Below, in pieces: positions 14,166 to 27,410 of a DNA stretch of 64,000 bases. The position numbers and the translations under genes are program-made. Below the pieces are notes generated by a model that was given only the letters and a program-made list of their open reading frames with translations, made no database searches and was not told the DNA's origin. How positions within the stretch are numbered: the first letter of the stretch is position 1; every line of letters begins with the position of its first letter. This DNA comes from Octopus vulgaris (taxonomy: Eukaryota). The stretch spans positions 11,718,001 to 11,782,000 of the forward strand of contig OX597818.1 of assembly GCA_951406725.2 (NCBI GenBank), written 5' to 3'.

Positions 14166-15030
14166 AGGTCTGATCAATAAATATCCGGACTGTTGCCATA
14201 GTAACGAAGCTAAAGCATGCAGAGTAAAGCTGCTTGGCAAAGATTGACCTTGAACTCTGTTGTGCGTAGTTTTGTCGTTCTAGCTCACTTCCACTGTTTA
14301 CACTAGTGCTTGGAAGTAAGATGTGTAGTGTGTAGTCGTCGCATTGACCATGACAGGGAAAGTTGACATGGCGATACCTGTTCAGAGGCCTACGCAAAGT
14401 TGCAGAAAGTGTATGAGCCGCACACAAGTGTACGTGTGGTTCAGACGTTTCTAAGATGGCCGAAGAAATGTCGATATTGATGAACGTTCTGGAGACCGCA
14501 ACCAACAGAACTGAGAAAAACATCGCAGATGTACGTGCAGCTGTGAGGGGAAATTGTCGAATCACCATTGTGAGTTATCAGAAGATGTGCAGATTAGTTC
14601 CGGTTCAGTTCAGTCCATTATCACTGAGGATCTGGGTATGAGACGCGACTGCCAATTTTGTGGCAAAACTGTTTTCAGATGACCAAATAGGCACTTGGGT
14701 TTCAGTTGCACAAAATCTCCTTGATTGTGTCGTGAACGATGAAAAATTCTTGAAAACTTCGCGTAGGCCTCTGAGCAGGCATCGCCAGGCTTTTGGCAAA
14801 ATTTGATGCAGATTCTCTGCTCAACTTTCTCTGTTATGGTCAATTCGACGATCACACACTACACACCTTCCTTCCAAGCACTGCTGTAAACAACTGAAGT
14901 GAGCTAGAACATTAAAACTTAGTGCACAAGTACAAGATAGCTCAAGGTCAATTTGTGTCAAGCGGCTTCACCCTGCGTGCTTTAGCTTCGTTACTAAGAC
15001 AGCAGTTTGGATACTTATTGATCTGACAAT
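14166..15030 (+). mobile_element. Mariner-derived non-autonomous element with long inverted arms
   Basis: Inverted termini GTCTGATCAATAA.TATCC / GGATACTTATTGATCTGAC; transposase fragments VYVWFRRF, TNRTEKNIADVRAAVRGNCRITI (+) and EQRICIKFCQK (-). Confidence 0.88.
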
Positions 15031-15330
15031 GTATTTATGTACATACATATGTGTGTATGTGTGTTGAGAGAGAGGTGGGGAAAGGGAGGGGAGAGCGGGA
15101 GAGAGAGGGGGAGAGAGAAACTATTAGTTCTAAATCGCTGAACGAGAACTATGCAGCAACAGTACTTTAGTGTAAAGTTTATTGGCCAACATAAAGTAGC
15201 AGACCTGATTAGGACGAATGTTACTATTTAGTCTCAGGAAAACATCTTCCCCAGCTGGCTATCAACGCACTAACTGCGTCCTTATACTTCGAGCAATGGA
15301 GCTAGTATCCCCACTCAGCTCAAAGCGATA

Positions 15331-15376
15331 TCTGTGTACCAATGGTTCCTGGGTTATTTCCCTTCATCAGCACAGA
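15331..15376 (-). ncRNA. Minimal type I hammerhead-like motif (core variant)
   Basis: tctgtg-CTGATGA-AGGGaaataaCCCA-GGAAC-cattg-GTA-cacaga; perfect 6-bp stem I; A13 replaced by G. Confidence 0.6.
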
Positions 15377-15426
15377 ATAATCGCTTGGCTAGAGATGGCA
15401 GCATGTTATTATGGGAGAAGCGTTTA

Positions 15427-16010
15427 AGGCAGCGAGCTGGCAGAAATGTTAGCATGCCGGGTGAAATGCTTAGCGGTATTTCGTCTGCGGCTACGTTCTG
15501 AGTTCAAATTCCGCCGAGGTCGACTTTGCCTTTTATCCTTTCGGGGTCGATTAAATAAGTACCAGTTACGCACTGGGGTCGATATAATCGACTTAATCCA
15601 TTTGTCTGTCCTTGTTTGTCCTCTCTGCGTTTAGCCCTTTGTGAGTAGTAAAGAAATAGGTATTTCGTCTGCCGCTACGTTCTGAGTTCAAATCAGGCCG
15701 AGGTCGACTTTGCCTTTCATCCTTTCGGGGTCGATTAAATAAGTACCAGTTACGCACTGGAGTCGATATAATCGACTTAATCCGTTTGTCTGTCTTTGTT
15801 TGTCCTCTCTGTGTTTAGCCCCTTGTGGGCAGTAAAGAAATAGGTATTTCGTATGTCTTTATGTTCTGAGTTCAAATTCCGCCGAGGTCGATTTTGCCTT
15901 TTATCATTTCGGGTTCGATAAAATAAGTATCAATTGAGCACTGGGGTCGATGTAATCGTCTCATCTCCTACCCTGAAATTGCTGGCACTGTGTCAAAATT
16001 TGAAACCAAT
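15427..16010 (+). mobile_element. SINE family A, tandem trimer-like array
   Basis: One head followed by three bodies, each starting GGTATTTCGT; period ~183 bp. Confidence 0.9.
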
Positions 16011-16300
16011 ATCGGACAATTGTTGATTGCTCAAAATTAGCAACTCCAAATAAGTTGGAGTACTTCTGTATCTCCACCAACTTGATTGCTGAAAGTAAAT
16101 AATAATAAATTAACAAGTTTGAAACGTCAAGTAGTGTCTGCACAGATATTGCGGTATAATGAGATCGGTCTATTTACTTTTGAAATGTCAGTGTACACAC
16201 ATGCATAGCTACCTACCTACCTACCTACCTACCTACCTACCTACTTACCTACCTACCAACATACATACATACATACATACATACATACATACATACATAC

Positions 16301-16622
16301 GGCACTCCGCCGGTTGCGACGACGAGGGTTTCAGTTGATCCGATTAACGGAACAGCCTGTTCGTGAAACTAACGTGCAAGTGGCTGAGCACTCCACATAC
16401 ACGAGTACCTTTAACGTAGTTCTCAGGGAGATTACGCATGGCACGGAGTGTAACAATATTGGCCTTTTCAAATACAGGTACTACTCATTTTTGTCAGCTG
16501 AGTGGACTGGAGCAACGTAAAATAAAGTGTCTTGCTCAAGGACACAACGCGTCGCAGGGAATTGAACTCGCGACCTTACGATCATAAGCTGAAAAGCCCA
16601 AACCACTAATCCATGTGCCTTC
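16301..16622 (-). mobile_element. tRNA-derived SINE family C (Meta-domain-like)
   Basis: Minus strand: tRNA-like head ..TAGTGGTT..GAGTTCAATTCCC, then GTGTCCTTGAGCAAGACACTTTA..TGCTCCAGTCCACTCAGCTG; second copy at 49525-49745. Confidence 0.85.
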
Positions 16623-16744
16623 ACTATATGTACCTACTTACATAATATATATATAATATACATGTATAATATATATTATATATTATACATATATATTTAT
16701 ATATATATATATGCATATGTATGTATGTATATAATATATCTGTA

Positions 16745-16935
16745 TAGGCGCAGGAGTAGCTGTATTGTAAGTAGCTTGCTTACCAACCACATGGTTCCGG
16801 GTTCAGTCCCGTTGCGTGGTAACTTGGGCAAGTGTCTTTTACTATAGCCTCGGACCGACCAAAGCCTTGTGAGTGGATTTGATAGACGGAAACTGAAAGA
16901 AGCCCGTCGTATATATGTATATATGTGTATGTGTG

Positions 16936-16993
<58 letters not shown>

Positions 16994-17205
16994 TGCGTCT
17001 GTGTTTGTCCCCCCAACATCGCTTGACAACCGATGCTGGTGTGTTTACGTCCCCGTAACTTAGCGGTTCGGCAAAAGAGACCGATAGAATAAGTACTAGG
17101 CTTACAAAGAATAAGTCCTGGGGTCGATTTGTTCGACTAAAGGCGGTGCTCCAGCATGGCCGCAGTCAAATGACTGAAAGAAGTAAAAGAATAAAAGAAT
17201 AAAAT
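16745..17205 (+). mobile_element. SINE family B, full length
   Basis: Complete head, microsatellite and (AAAAGAAT)-type tail. Confidence 0.92.
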
Positions 17206-17254
17206 AATATGTATAACACAATCGGTACATTTACAGTTTGCAGGATTATATGTA

Positions 17255-18696
17255 CTAGCAAATCAACCCATCTACGATTGAGACATAAAATGAGGGAGAG
17301 AAGCCATAACAGTATATATTGAGCAGTATGTATTGAGAAATGGGTAAATGGACTTGATAGATTACTGGGTGATGTCTTAGAGAAATCCCATTATCGTTGG
17401 TGATACAGCATTCTATTGCAGCTATATGACATGTGTTTGCGACTAAGTAACATGGGATGACGATTCACTCCCGAACTGAAAGAGGCTCCCAGCCTCTGTA
17501 TCATGAATGGTTATGTGGACCACTCCTAACAAAAGCCAGAGCTTCCTTCAACCACTACATAAAAAGTATTAAGAAAAATATTTTATTGAGATATACTTTT
17601 TAGTTGTTTTACACTATTTTGCGCTTGTTTATTCTTATACATTCGAAGTTCACAAATTTCCTTATTCAAATTATGGATCATATTCCTTTCGATAATATCA
17701 ATATAATTACAAAACTTCTTTGTGGATGATATTTCCTGTTTGGTCGATACTAAGTTTCAAATTACTGGAGTCCCTTGCTCTGCTCATAGCGACGTATAAC
17801 TGGCCGTGTGTAAACAGAGTAGGTAAAAATACACCTACACGATCTAAAGTCTGGCCCTGTGCCTTGCTTGCTGTGAATGCGCGAACGGATTCTTTAGGAA
17901 TCTGCCCATCTACGATGGTAAATAAAGGGATAGTATCGCAACTCTAAACCCTCTAAATTCACGGACTATATGAGGGAGAAATCCAGAGTTAATCCTCGTC
18001 ACCGAAATTTTAACAAAAAAAATAAAATCAAAGGTGATTTATTAATACAAAACTCAATATCGGTAATAGTTCAGTTTAAAATTAAGGAAGAGTGGGTATT
18101 CGGCAGAATAGAGGGTTTCTAAGAAATGATCGTTCTGAGTAGACTTTGACAGCATTAATTCAACGATGGAATCTGCCAGGGTGTCACATAGTAAGTGATG
18201 GCTTTCGATCATACCATAACATTGGAATTTTAAATGGTGGCGGATACACTCACGAGGTGATTGTACATAAAGAAAATATCGGAAACATGTGGATGTGTGT
18301 TAAACGCAAATTACGCCGTCAATTCGTCACTTCAGAAGCTTTGTTTCGTATTTGCACAAATTTATATGGCGTAATTCAGTGGAGAAGAATAAAATACTTG
18401 TTCACTGTTTGGATGCTGTATGAGCTGCGTATGCAGTATGATTAAAAGTAAGTTAACTTACTTCGCTTTGCTTCTTTTATTAGTTATCTGCCCTTTAATT
18501 TGTATTTACTTTTTTACACCCGTAAACTGAACAATTGCTTTCAATATCCACTAAATAATCATACTTTTTCACATTTTTTTTCGCTAAAAACCTTCTTGAT
18601 TACCTCCTTCGTAATCCCTAAAAACGACGTAACCATTGGTCCAGCGGTTTGACCGTGAAAAGGGAACAGACGGACATAACGCCTATTATAATAAGA
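17255..18696 (-). mobile_element. Non-autonomous Helitron carrying a Merlin/ISXO2-type transposase fragment
   Basis: Minus strand 5' TC (18696) to CTAG 3' (17255), between A and T; terminal GGTCCAGCGGTTT..ACAGACGGACA block like the 28.4-kb Helitron. Confidence 0.65.
18050..18400 (+). pseudogene. Merlin/ISXO2 (IS1016-like) DDE transposase fragment
   Basis: EEWVFGRIE, IQRWNLPGCHIVSDGFRSY, YTHEVIVHKEN, IGNMWMCVKRKLR; stops and deletions. Confidence 0.8.
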
Positions 18697-19927
18697 TTTG
18701 TATTTTGATAATTTCGCTTTCTGCTTACATGCAATTGGTTATAGATCTTCGAAATTTATAAGTCCAGTATGGTACCGTCTACCAGTTCTATGTTAGCTAT
18801 TTTCTGTCAGCAATTGCTTCGAAAAATGAAGCTACATATATGTTTATGCGTGTGTGTGTGTGTATGTGTTTGTGTGCATGTGTGAGGGTTTCTCTGTGTG
18901 TATATATGTATATATCTGCGTGTGTGTGTGTGCATGTGTGATCGTGCGTATGTGCGCGCGTGTGTATGTGTATGTTTGTGTTTTATGTGTTTGTGCGTGT
19001 GTCTGTGTGCGAGTGTGTGTGTGTTTCTCTGTGTATATTTCTGTGTGTATGTGTGTTTCTCTGCGTATATTTCTGTGTGCGTGTGTGTGTATGTGTGTGC
19101 GTGTGCTCGCGCGTATACGCATATGCTTAAGATGTGCATTCTCACTCACGTTGTAGAATCAACCCTCAGAGCAATTTTCTTCTTTCGTGTTTTGAGATTG
19201 AACCGAGTCATGTTGACAGACGTGTAGAAGTTCGTTGGTTGTATGTTTCGTGTATCTCTTTTTGAATGGTCACGGTGGAAACAATTACAGAAGTATAGAT
19301 AGATGTACCGAGCATAGAAATGGTAGAATTTCAGTTAATCAGCTTAAAATACCAAAGGTTCAGAAAGTGTAAGCTTTGAATTTTGTGTAGTGGTTATTTG
19401 TGGTTAGGTAGTGATCAGGGACACGACAAGCTCAGAGACCAGCGCTGGATTAATCATTAAGTAAAATAAGCACGTGCTTAGAGCATCAAGGGAAGTGGCG
19501 GGGGTGCTGTAGAAATGATAAATAGTTTACGGCAACAAAAGAAAAGTCACATGAAACTTGCTAAAATAATATTTGAATTGGTTTATAAGATCAGAAATAT
19601 AATTTCGAAGTGTTCATGGGGTATCATAGTGAGGATCGGATCAAAGACATTTTTGCAATTTAAAAAATGTCGGAGAAAGCTTTTCAAATATAAATAAAGT
19701 GGAAGTATGGAAAAATAAACATTTTTTCCCATTTGTCTGTTAGTTTAGTATCATTTCGACGAGGAAGATGTCAAGCTAGAATTGCTAGAGGTTTCCACGG
19801 TTAATATCTACCTGGTAGTAGGTGACACCACATTTCGGACAAAAATTTGTTGCCTCGCCAGCCGAAATTTGTTCTCGTAAAGGAATAGGTAGCGTTGTTT
19901 GCGTGTTAATAAAAGGTGATGTTTAAG

Positions 19928-20380
19928 GGGGTGAATTGGTAGAATCGTTACCGCGCCGAAAAATTTTTTTAGAGACATTTCTTCCGACTCAACATTCTGA
20001 GTTCAAATGCTGAGGCAGTCCACTTTGCCTTTCATTCTTTCGTGATCGATCAAGTAAGTACCAGTTGCAAACTGAGGTCGATGTACTCACACTTACCCCT
20101 CCCTCAAAATTGTAGACCTTGTGCCAAAATGTAAAGCCAATAGGAGGTGATGTTTGAGGCGGTATGCAGGCAGAATCGTTACCGAGCCGGAGAAAATGTT
20201 TAGCGGCATTTCTTCCGACTTTACGCTCTGAGTTCAAATGCCGAGGAGGTCGAATTTGCCTTTCATTCATCCGGGATTGTTAAAATAAGTACCAGTTGAA
20301 CATTGAGATCGATGTAATCGACGTACCCACTTCCTCAAAACTGCCGACTTTATTGCCAAACTTTGAAACCAATAAGAGGT
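19928..20380 (+). mobile_element. Two head-to-tail SINE family A copies
   Basis: Period ~230 bp; each unit preceded by AGGTGATGTTT. Confidence 0.85.
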
Positions 20381-21025
20381 GATGATTTTGGTCTTGGTTG
20401 GATTGACGTCAAATGGAATGTAAATGGTATCGGTGAGATTTGATGTCACAATAGTCGCCTCCCAGCCAAGAGTCTGATCCGAATACACGCAAGAGTTAAA
20501 CTCCATTGAAGGTACCCAGGAACCTGGGCTCGTATTCAGCTGGGTGATGACATGCGAGAATCCCTCCCCATCTCTACCACAAAAAAGGAGGGACTTTCTA
20601 CACCAGGACCATATTAGATAACTCAGCACCAAGCATATAATGAAAGAGACGGGGAGTGAAAAAGATCGATGAGAAATGTTGCAGTTACTGATATATATGA
20701 TTAGACTTGTGTATAACTTAAGACACACGTGCACACACAATTTAATGTACCAATAATTTATAGATGTATCTCATTTCCCCTTCGTCACACCTTATGCTCA
20801 ACTCCCATTCTATCCTACCCAAATTAACTCGACAAGGGTTGTTCCTTTGTTAATCACGCGATTTATGACTAATTTACATATTTTCTGTGTTATTTCTCTT
20901 CTTTGTTCACTCGGACAAGACTTTCAACAGTCTGACCGATTTACCGCCTTAATTCTAGTGCTAGATACAGTGAAGAGGTAGATAAACAAAGAGAAGGGGA
21001 GCTGAGTGTGAGAGACAGAAAAGCA

Positions 21026-21127
21026 GGAGAAGAAGAAGAAGAAGAAGAAGAAGAAGAAGAAGAAGAAGAAGAAGAAGAAGAAGAAGAAGAAGAAGAAGAA
21101 GAAGAAGAAGAAGAAGAAGAAGAAGAA
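21026..21127. repeat. (GAA)n microsatellite; reverse-orientation (CTT)n at 38385-38490
   Basis: Direct reading; source of poly-E/K/S/L ORFs. Confidence 0.97.
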
Positions 21128-21555
21128 GGAAAAGGAGAGAAAAGAGTGAAGAAAAGAGCGAATGTGTATATGATGAGGGGTTCTTTATTGAATTCTCAGG
21201 CGCTTTCATTGTTATAATGAAGTGGTAGAACCAGGGAAAGAGCTTCAGAGGTTATAAGAGAAAGAACGCGTCAATATATGAGGGGACGTTGTTATCGATT
21301 TTTGAGCAATGTTAATCATCATGTTTCAATCTGATATTTGTTACTAATCGTGTGTGAGTGTGTGTGTGTATACATACATGCATACAAACATACATGTTTT
21401 TGTTATGAAAGAGAGAAAAAATATATACACAATAAATGTTTTAGACTATAATTTCTTCCACCTCAAGAAATATATCTACAAAATATATATACATATACAT
21501 ATATATACATACATACATATATATATATATATACATACATACATACATACATACA

Positions 21556-21588
<33 letters not shown>

Positions 21589-21591
21589 CTA

Positions 21592-21667
<76 letters not shown>

Positions 21668-21668
<1 letters not shown>

Positions 21669-21721
21669 TGAAGAGGGAAAAATCCCTCGGATTAATCCCG
21701 AAATTGAGTCAATATAGAGAT
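21668..21721 (+). ncRNA. Hammerhead-like motif at the start of a (TA)n-flanked module (21668-21880)
   Basis: CTGAAGA-GGGA..TCCC-GAAA-TTG-agt-CAA-TA; core intact; 5' strand of stem I replaced by (TA)n. Confidence 0.55.
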
Positions 21722-24052
21722 AACGAATTTAAAAAAAAATTCTGTTAGCTTGCCTTCCTCGATTTCAGCACAACGTGTATTCAGAGTGATGTATATTGTG
21801 TGTGGTAATTGACGATTTAAAATCTATTCTCAGCATATTGGCTTAGAAATCTTTTTTCTTTTGCCTTTGTTCATAATTATATATATATATATATATATAT
21901 ATGATGCAACCAAGTCGGCATGTATATACGGATGTAAGTAACTTAGTTTAATTTGTATTATACAGGCATGTACACATACACACACAAATACATGGATACG
22001 CACACATACCTATGGGATAAAAAAAGAGGTTATCATTAGGACTAGTTACAATCCTGTGCTGGGAATTCATCAGAGACTGAGCACTCTCTTTAACTGACTA
22101 TGCATACAGTCTTGGTCAAAAATCTATCAATGTTATCGTTAATACAGATTTGCAACGAAAGCAAAAACTGTTAACGCACCAGTAATCTATTGATATACAT
22201 AGAGGATTATGTTTATTTATATATGTAAATAGACATAGAAAACATGAGTGTGAGTGTGTATGTATAATAACTTAAAAGGCCGTTTAATTCTATAGAATTG
22301 ATAACAATATCGCTTACTTAAGTTAATTACATCTCTTTGATTTATCTATATAATGTTTATGCATACACATACACTCACACGCACACATGCACACACACAC
22401 ACATACACACACACTCACACGGTTGCGTCTGTCGCTTTTGGTGGCCATTGAGAATCAAAGTAAGTTCATATCATCGATTTTATATATATTACTCTCATAA
22501 ATGTAATTATAAGTAAATGTTGACAAGTTTATTATATTTGTGAGTGTTTGGTAGTCTTTATATAAATATAATAGCAATTTTGGCCGAACATAAACAGTTC
22601 AATAACTAGAAGTAATCGATTCTTTATTTTCTTTTTCCAGACAGTTGAGTCACACTTTTCTGGCTTACATCGAATGTTTTTGTTATTGTTTTTTTTTTAT
22701 TGGCTTCGTGGGAGAAGAAAATGGCAGTATTCATTATCTTTTTGCAGCACCTCCATAAATGTTTGAGGAAAACGAGGAAGAAATCCTCACTCAGAGACCT
22801 TTGTCCAGCCGTTTGTAATTCAGTAGAATACTCTAAAAGCACCCGGAAACCTAGAGGTAGTGCTAAATCGGGCGACAGGTTAGATTTATTACCGAAGAAG
22901 CGATAGCATCCATCTTACATCCACACAATTTCCATTTACTTAATTGCAGACATGAAGATTGGATTAACCCGAGATCATCTAGAAATGCTTGCATAGGGTA
23001 CCGTGCAGTGGGATTACTCTTCCAACTACTTTATGGCAAAGCGAATCGTTTAACCATACGATGATACACGATATGGACATGTATTTGCTAATGATTATCA
23101 ATAAAACTGAAAGCGGCAGATTGATATATGTTCGTGGATCACACTTTGATTTCGAAGAACGAATGCAGCAGTTGTTTGATAAACGAAACTACTTATTTCA
23201 TGTGTTGCAAGTATTTCATAGATACTTATACTCTTAATAGACACACGAACACAGGCGCGCGCGCACATCTATCTTTCTATACGCGTGCGTGTAGACACAC
23301 ATACAGACGTACATACAGACATATATACATATACAGATACGGATACACAGACATAATGACGCTGGATAATAACGGTTTCAAACCAAACCATGAAATCGAA
23401 TAAGAAATAAATGTTACATACACTAACAATCAAATCACTCGTCAAGAACTTGCTTGACGCAACGAAAATTTTAGGAAAATAAAAATAAGAAATGAGTGAA
23501 AATTTTACCGGTGAGTGTGTTACAATATAAGGCACAAAAAGAAAATGACTCTCCCCAGACACAACAGAATTGGTCAACGAGTTTTCTTCATATCTTCGAA
23601 TGAAAATGCTTATGGAGAGTAAATGGATATTATGATAAAACTCAGAAATAGTGAATTCTCTGATAAGGTTAGAAATGTAAAAAGCACTGAGAAAACACTG
23701 TCAATTTTAGAATAGAAACAGAAAGTGGAACATTTTAATAAATCTAATCGAAAGAATTAATATAAACAGGAAATTCCTAAATCTTATAATCTCTCTTACT
23801 ACACTTATGCCGGGACATAAGTGTTGTAAGATATTAGATATGGACTGTGTTAAGGTTAGTTATTCAGCTCGTAAGAAGATTTATATGTAAGACACAACCA
23901 TACAGTATCGGCAGGTATAAATCGAAAATACGGCACGATCTGAGAGTAAAAAATTTAAAATTTTGTTTCAAGGAAGTAACTGTTTGAACAAAAACAACAA
24001 CAAAAAAAGTGAGAAAATGAGCTGCCAGTAGTAACCTGTATGCATAGAGCTA

Positions 24053-24914
24053 CGAAGTGCATTCCAGAAGTTTTGAGACTTTTTTAGGCGAGGCAGTTAT
24101 AATTTTCCTAGATCATTGTAATTTTCGTATATCCTTACTATACAACTAATAAGCTGATCTGCCAACTTTTGTAATTCCAGATTGAAGGGGGTGGCTGCAA
24201 CAACCCTTTGAACACATCATCCTAAACCCTGCTTATCAAAGCTGACTTGTTTACAGAATTCAATTGAAACGTTTGGAAGGTCGCTATACAATAAAGTCTT
24301 GTGTTAAACTAGGTATAAGCGCATATGAAAAACTCCAGACTGATAATGGATTACATTTTTGCTGGCACAAGAGATTCAAGGACAGTAGAGGGGGAGGTGA
24401 GAGACTATGAGAGATGTGAGAGAAAAGAGACATCAGAATATTAGAGGTGGTTGAGAAAATTTGCAATTATCTGGATGAAGATCGTCGTCTGTCTATAAAG
24501 ACAATAAGCATACAGTTTGGAGTCGGTGTGGCAACTGTACACAGAATTATTCATGAAGATCTCAGCATGCACAAAATTTGTGCAAGGTTTTTCAGGGTAA
24601 CCGATAGAGATGAGCAACAAAACTGTCCCCCACCTTTTCTGAAGTCCAGACATTGCATCCTGTGACTTAGTTGTTTCCCAAGCTGAAGGAGAACCCTAGG
24701 GGCAGTCGTTTTGAAGATGAAGGAACCTGTGACAAGGGTCCTGAATACCTTGACTTTTGGAGGTCTTCCATGTACCCCTCACGAAGTCGATGGAGCACTA
24801 CAAGCGCATTAAAGTCAGAAGATCCTACTTTGAAGGAGATAAGAATTTTGTACCCTTTTAAAATTAATAAATGTCTCCTCTGGAAAAGTCTGAAAATTTC
24901 TGGAATGCACCTTG
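24053..24914 (+). mobile_element. Internally deleted mariner
   Basis: TA TSD (24051-52, 24915-16); TIR core GTGCATTCCAGAA.TTTT.AGACTTT; peptides EDRRLSIKTISIQFGVGVATVHRIIHEDLSMHKICARF and LFPKLKE. Confidence 0.92.
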
Positions 24915-25627
24915 TAGTATCTTTTGTATAAGTTTTGACCTGTTTCTTAATCAAAATGTTGGTTTCAAAGTGTTACAAAACAAATGTTTCTTAAGTACTG
25001 CTGAACAACAATGTCATTTCATAAGATGACAGTCCTTAGAGTGACAGTCTTGTATGGCGTTTAAAAGTTGAATGCAATGATAATTTTTTAAGTGTTAAAA
25101 GTGAAATGAAACTAACTTAAACGTGTGCTTGAAGCAGCTGTTTACACACGTATTAATCACAAGATCTTTTGAAGTTCATAAAGTGTTTTCTTCATAGTTT
25201 CCGTATAGCATTTCAAAATATATCCATGCAGTAGTTAATTCAAAATAAACAGGCATAACAGAGCGGAAACATGATACTCAGTAGTTTGGCAAATGACAAT
25301 CAGTTGACTTTGGTAATTTATCGATTCATTATTATTCAAAAGAAACTTATACACGTATGCATGCATACATACATACCTACATCCATCCATCCATCCATCC
25401 ATCCATCCATCCATCTATACATCCATCCATCTATACATACATACATACATACATACATACATACATACATACATACATACATACATACATACATACACAC
25501 GCACGCATGCATGCATACATACATACATACATACATACATACATACATACATACATACATACATACATACATAAGTACATACATACACACATACATACAT
25601 ACATACATACATACATACATACATACA

Positions 25628-25658
<31 letters not shown>

Positions 25659-25659
25659 G

Positions 25660-26175
25660 TACTATCATAGAGGTTAGCTGCCCTGCAGATATAAATATCT
25701 CTGAAAATAAAAGAAAAAGAGGATATCTATGAATAACTGCTACGAAAGCTCCACCTTCTATATCTAGACTATGAATTCATACTCATACCAATAATAACTG
25801 GAGCACTAGGCTTTGTAAGTAAATGCTTAAAGAATAAGCTGGATAAACTGGGATTTTTAGAAAGAGAAATTGACTGGCTGGTTCGTACATTACAAGTGCA
25901 ATCTGTGAGTGGAACAGTAAAAATATGCAAGACTTTTCTCAAGTTCCAAATGTGAATTTGTCTGTGTTAACTTACATCCCCAATATGGAGCCTTGTATCT
26001 TTGTTGGAAACCGACCCTCTCCCCAGTGGAAGATAATTGAAAAAATAGAAGAGACATGCATATGAAAATACCGTGTTGATGTTGTGAAATTCCAATGAAG
26101 GAGCCTTGGATTTAGGTTAGAATCCGGCTCTTTCTCTATTGGCAGGAGATCTTGAAATAAAACTGAATAATGACA
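25660..26175 (+). mobile_element. 5'-truncated RLE-type (R4/Dong-like) LINE 3' end within (CATA)n
   Basis: TIIEVSCPADINI..FILIPIITGALGFV..KICKTFLKFQM* then a 3' UTR shared with 33.5 kb and 36.7 kb; (CATA)n on both sides. Confidence 0.9.
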
Positions 26176-26308
26176 TGCATGTACATACATACATACATAC
26201 ATACATACATACATACATGTAAATGTGCGTATGTGTGTGTGTGAGTATGTAAACATATGTATATACTTATATGGGTGAGTGTCTGTATCGCTATCTATCT
26301 ATCTATCG

Positions 26309-26362
<54 letters not shown>

Positions 26363-26480
26363 TTACCTATCTATTTATATATCTATCTATCTAAGTATAC
26401 ATACTATTTATCTATACACACATATATATTATATATGTATAGCTATAAAGAGATATATTATCTATCTATCTATCAGTCTG

Positions 26481-26511
<31 letters not shown>

Positions 26512-26865
26512 GATGTATGTATGTATGTATGTATGTATATTATATATATATATATGTATATATACACACACGCAAGCACACACACGCAGACGTGTATATA
26601 CATATGTGTGTGAATGATGTGCTCACATGTGTGCATGCTATAGTAAAATCAGATGTGCATGTTTAAACGTGTAAACTGTGCGCTTCTGCTTGTCTATGAG
26701 TATGCAATTATTTGCCTTTTGTGTATTTAAGCATTTGTGTTTTGGGGTCTACATTCGTACAAAATTTAGTTTACATTAACCTTAAGATAATTGGAGACTA
26801 ATTAGTAACTTCAAGTATTTGTTGCTTTAAACTCTTTCATGTGCTCTTTTTCTGTCAGCAACACG

Positions 26866-26904
<39 letters not shown>

Positions 26905-26915
26905 ACACTCATATA

Positions 26916-26924
<9 letters not shown>

Positions 26925-26960
<36 letters not shown>

Positions 26961-27025
26961 ATGCATATATATATATGTATGCATATATATGTATATATAT
27001 CATATATATATGTATATATATCATA

Positions 27026-27112
<87 letters not shown>

Positions 27113-27183
27113 ATGCATATATATATATGTATGCATATATATGTATATATATCATATATATATGTATATATATCATATATATG

Positions 27184-27256
<73 letters not shown>

Positions 27257-27319
27257 ATGCATATATATATGTATGCATATATATGTATATATATCATATA
27301 TATATGTATATATATCATA

Positions 27320-27410
<91 letters not shown>

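Noticed and set aside
16550-16622. tRNA-like sequences with A/B boxes
   Set aside because: They are SINE heads continuous with SINE bodies; no complete cloverleaf is supported.
19440-19510. CAGCGCTGGATTAA.. possible DNA-transposon terminus
   Set aside because: No matching opposite TIR or TSD found.
20267-20740. 157-aa minus-strand ORF with a non-repetitive middle
   Set aside because: It runs into a SINE, has no recognisable domain and no convincing donor site; left uncalled.
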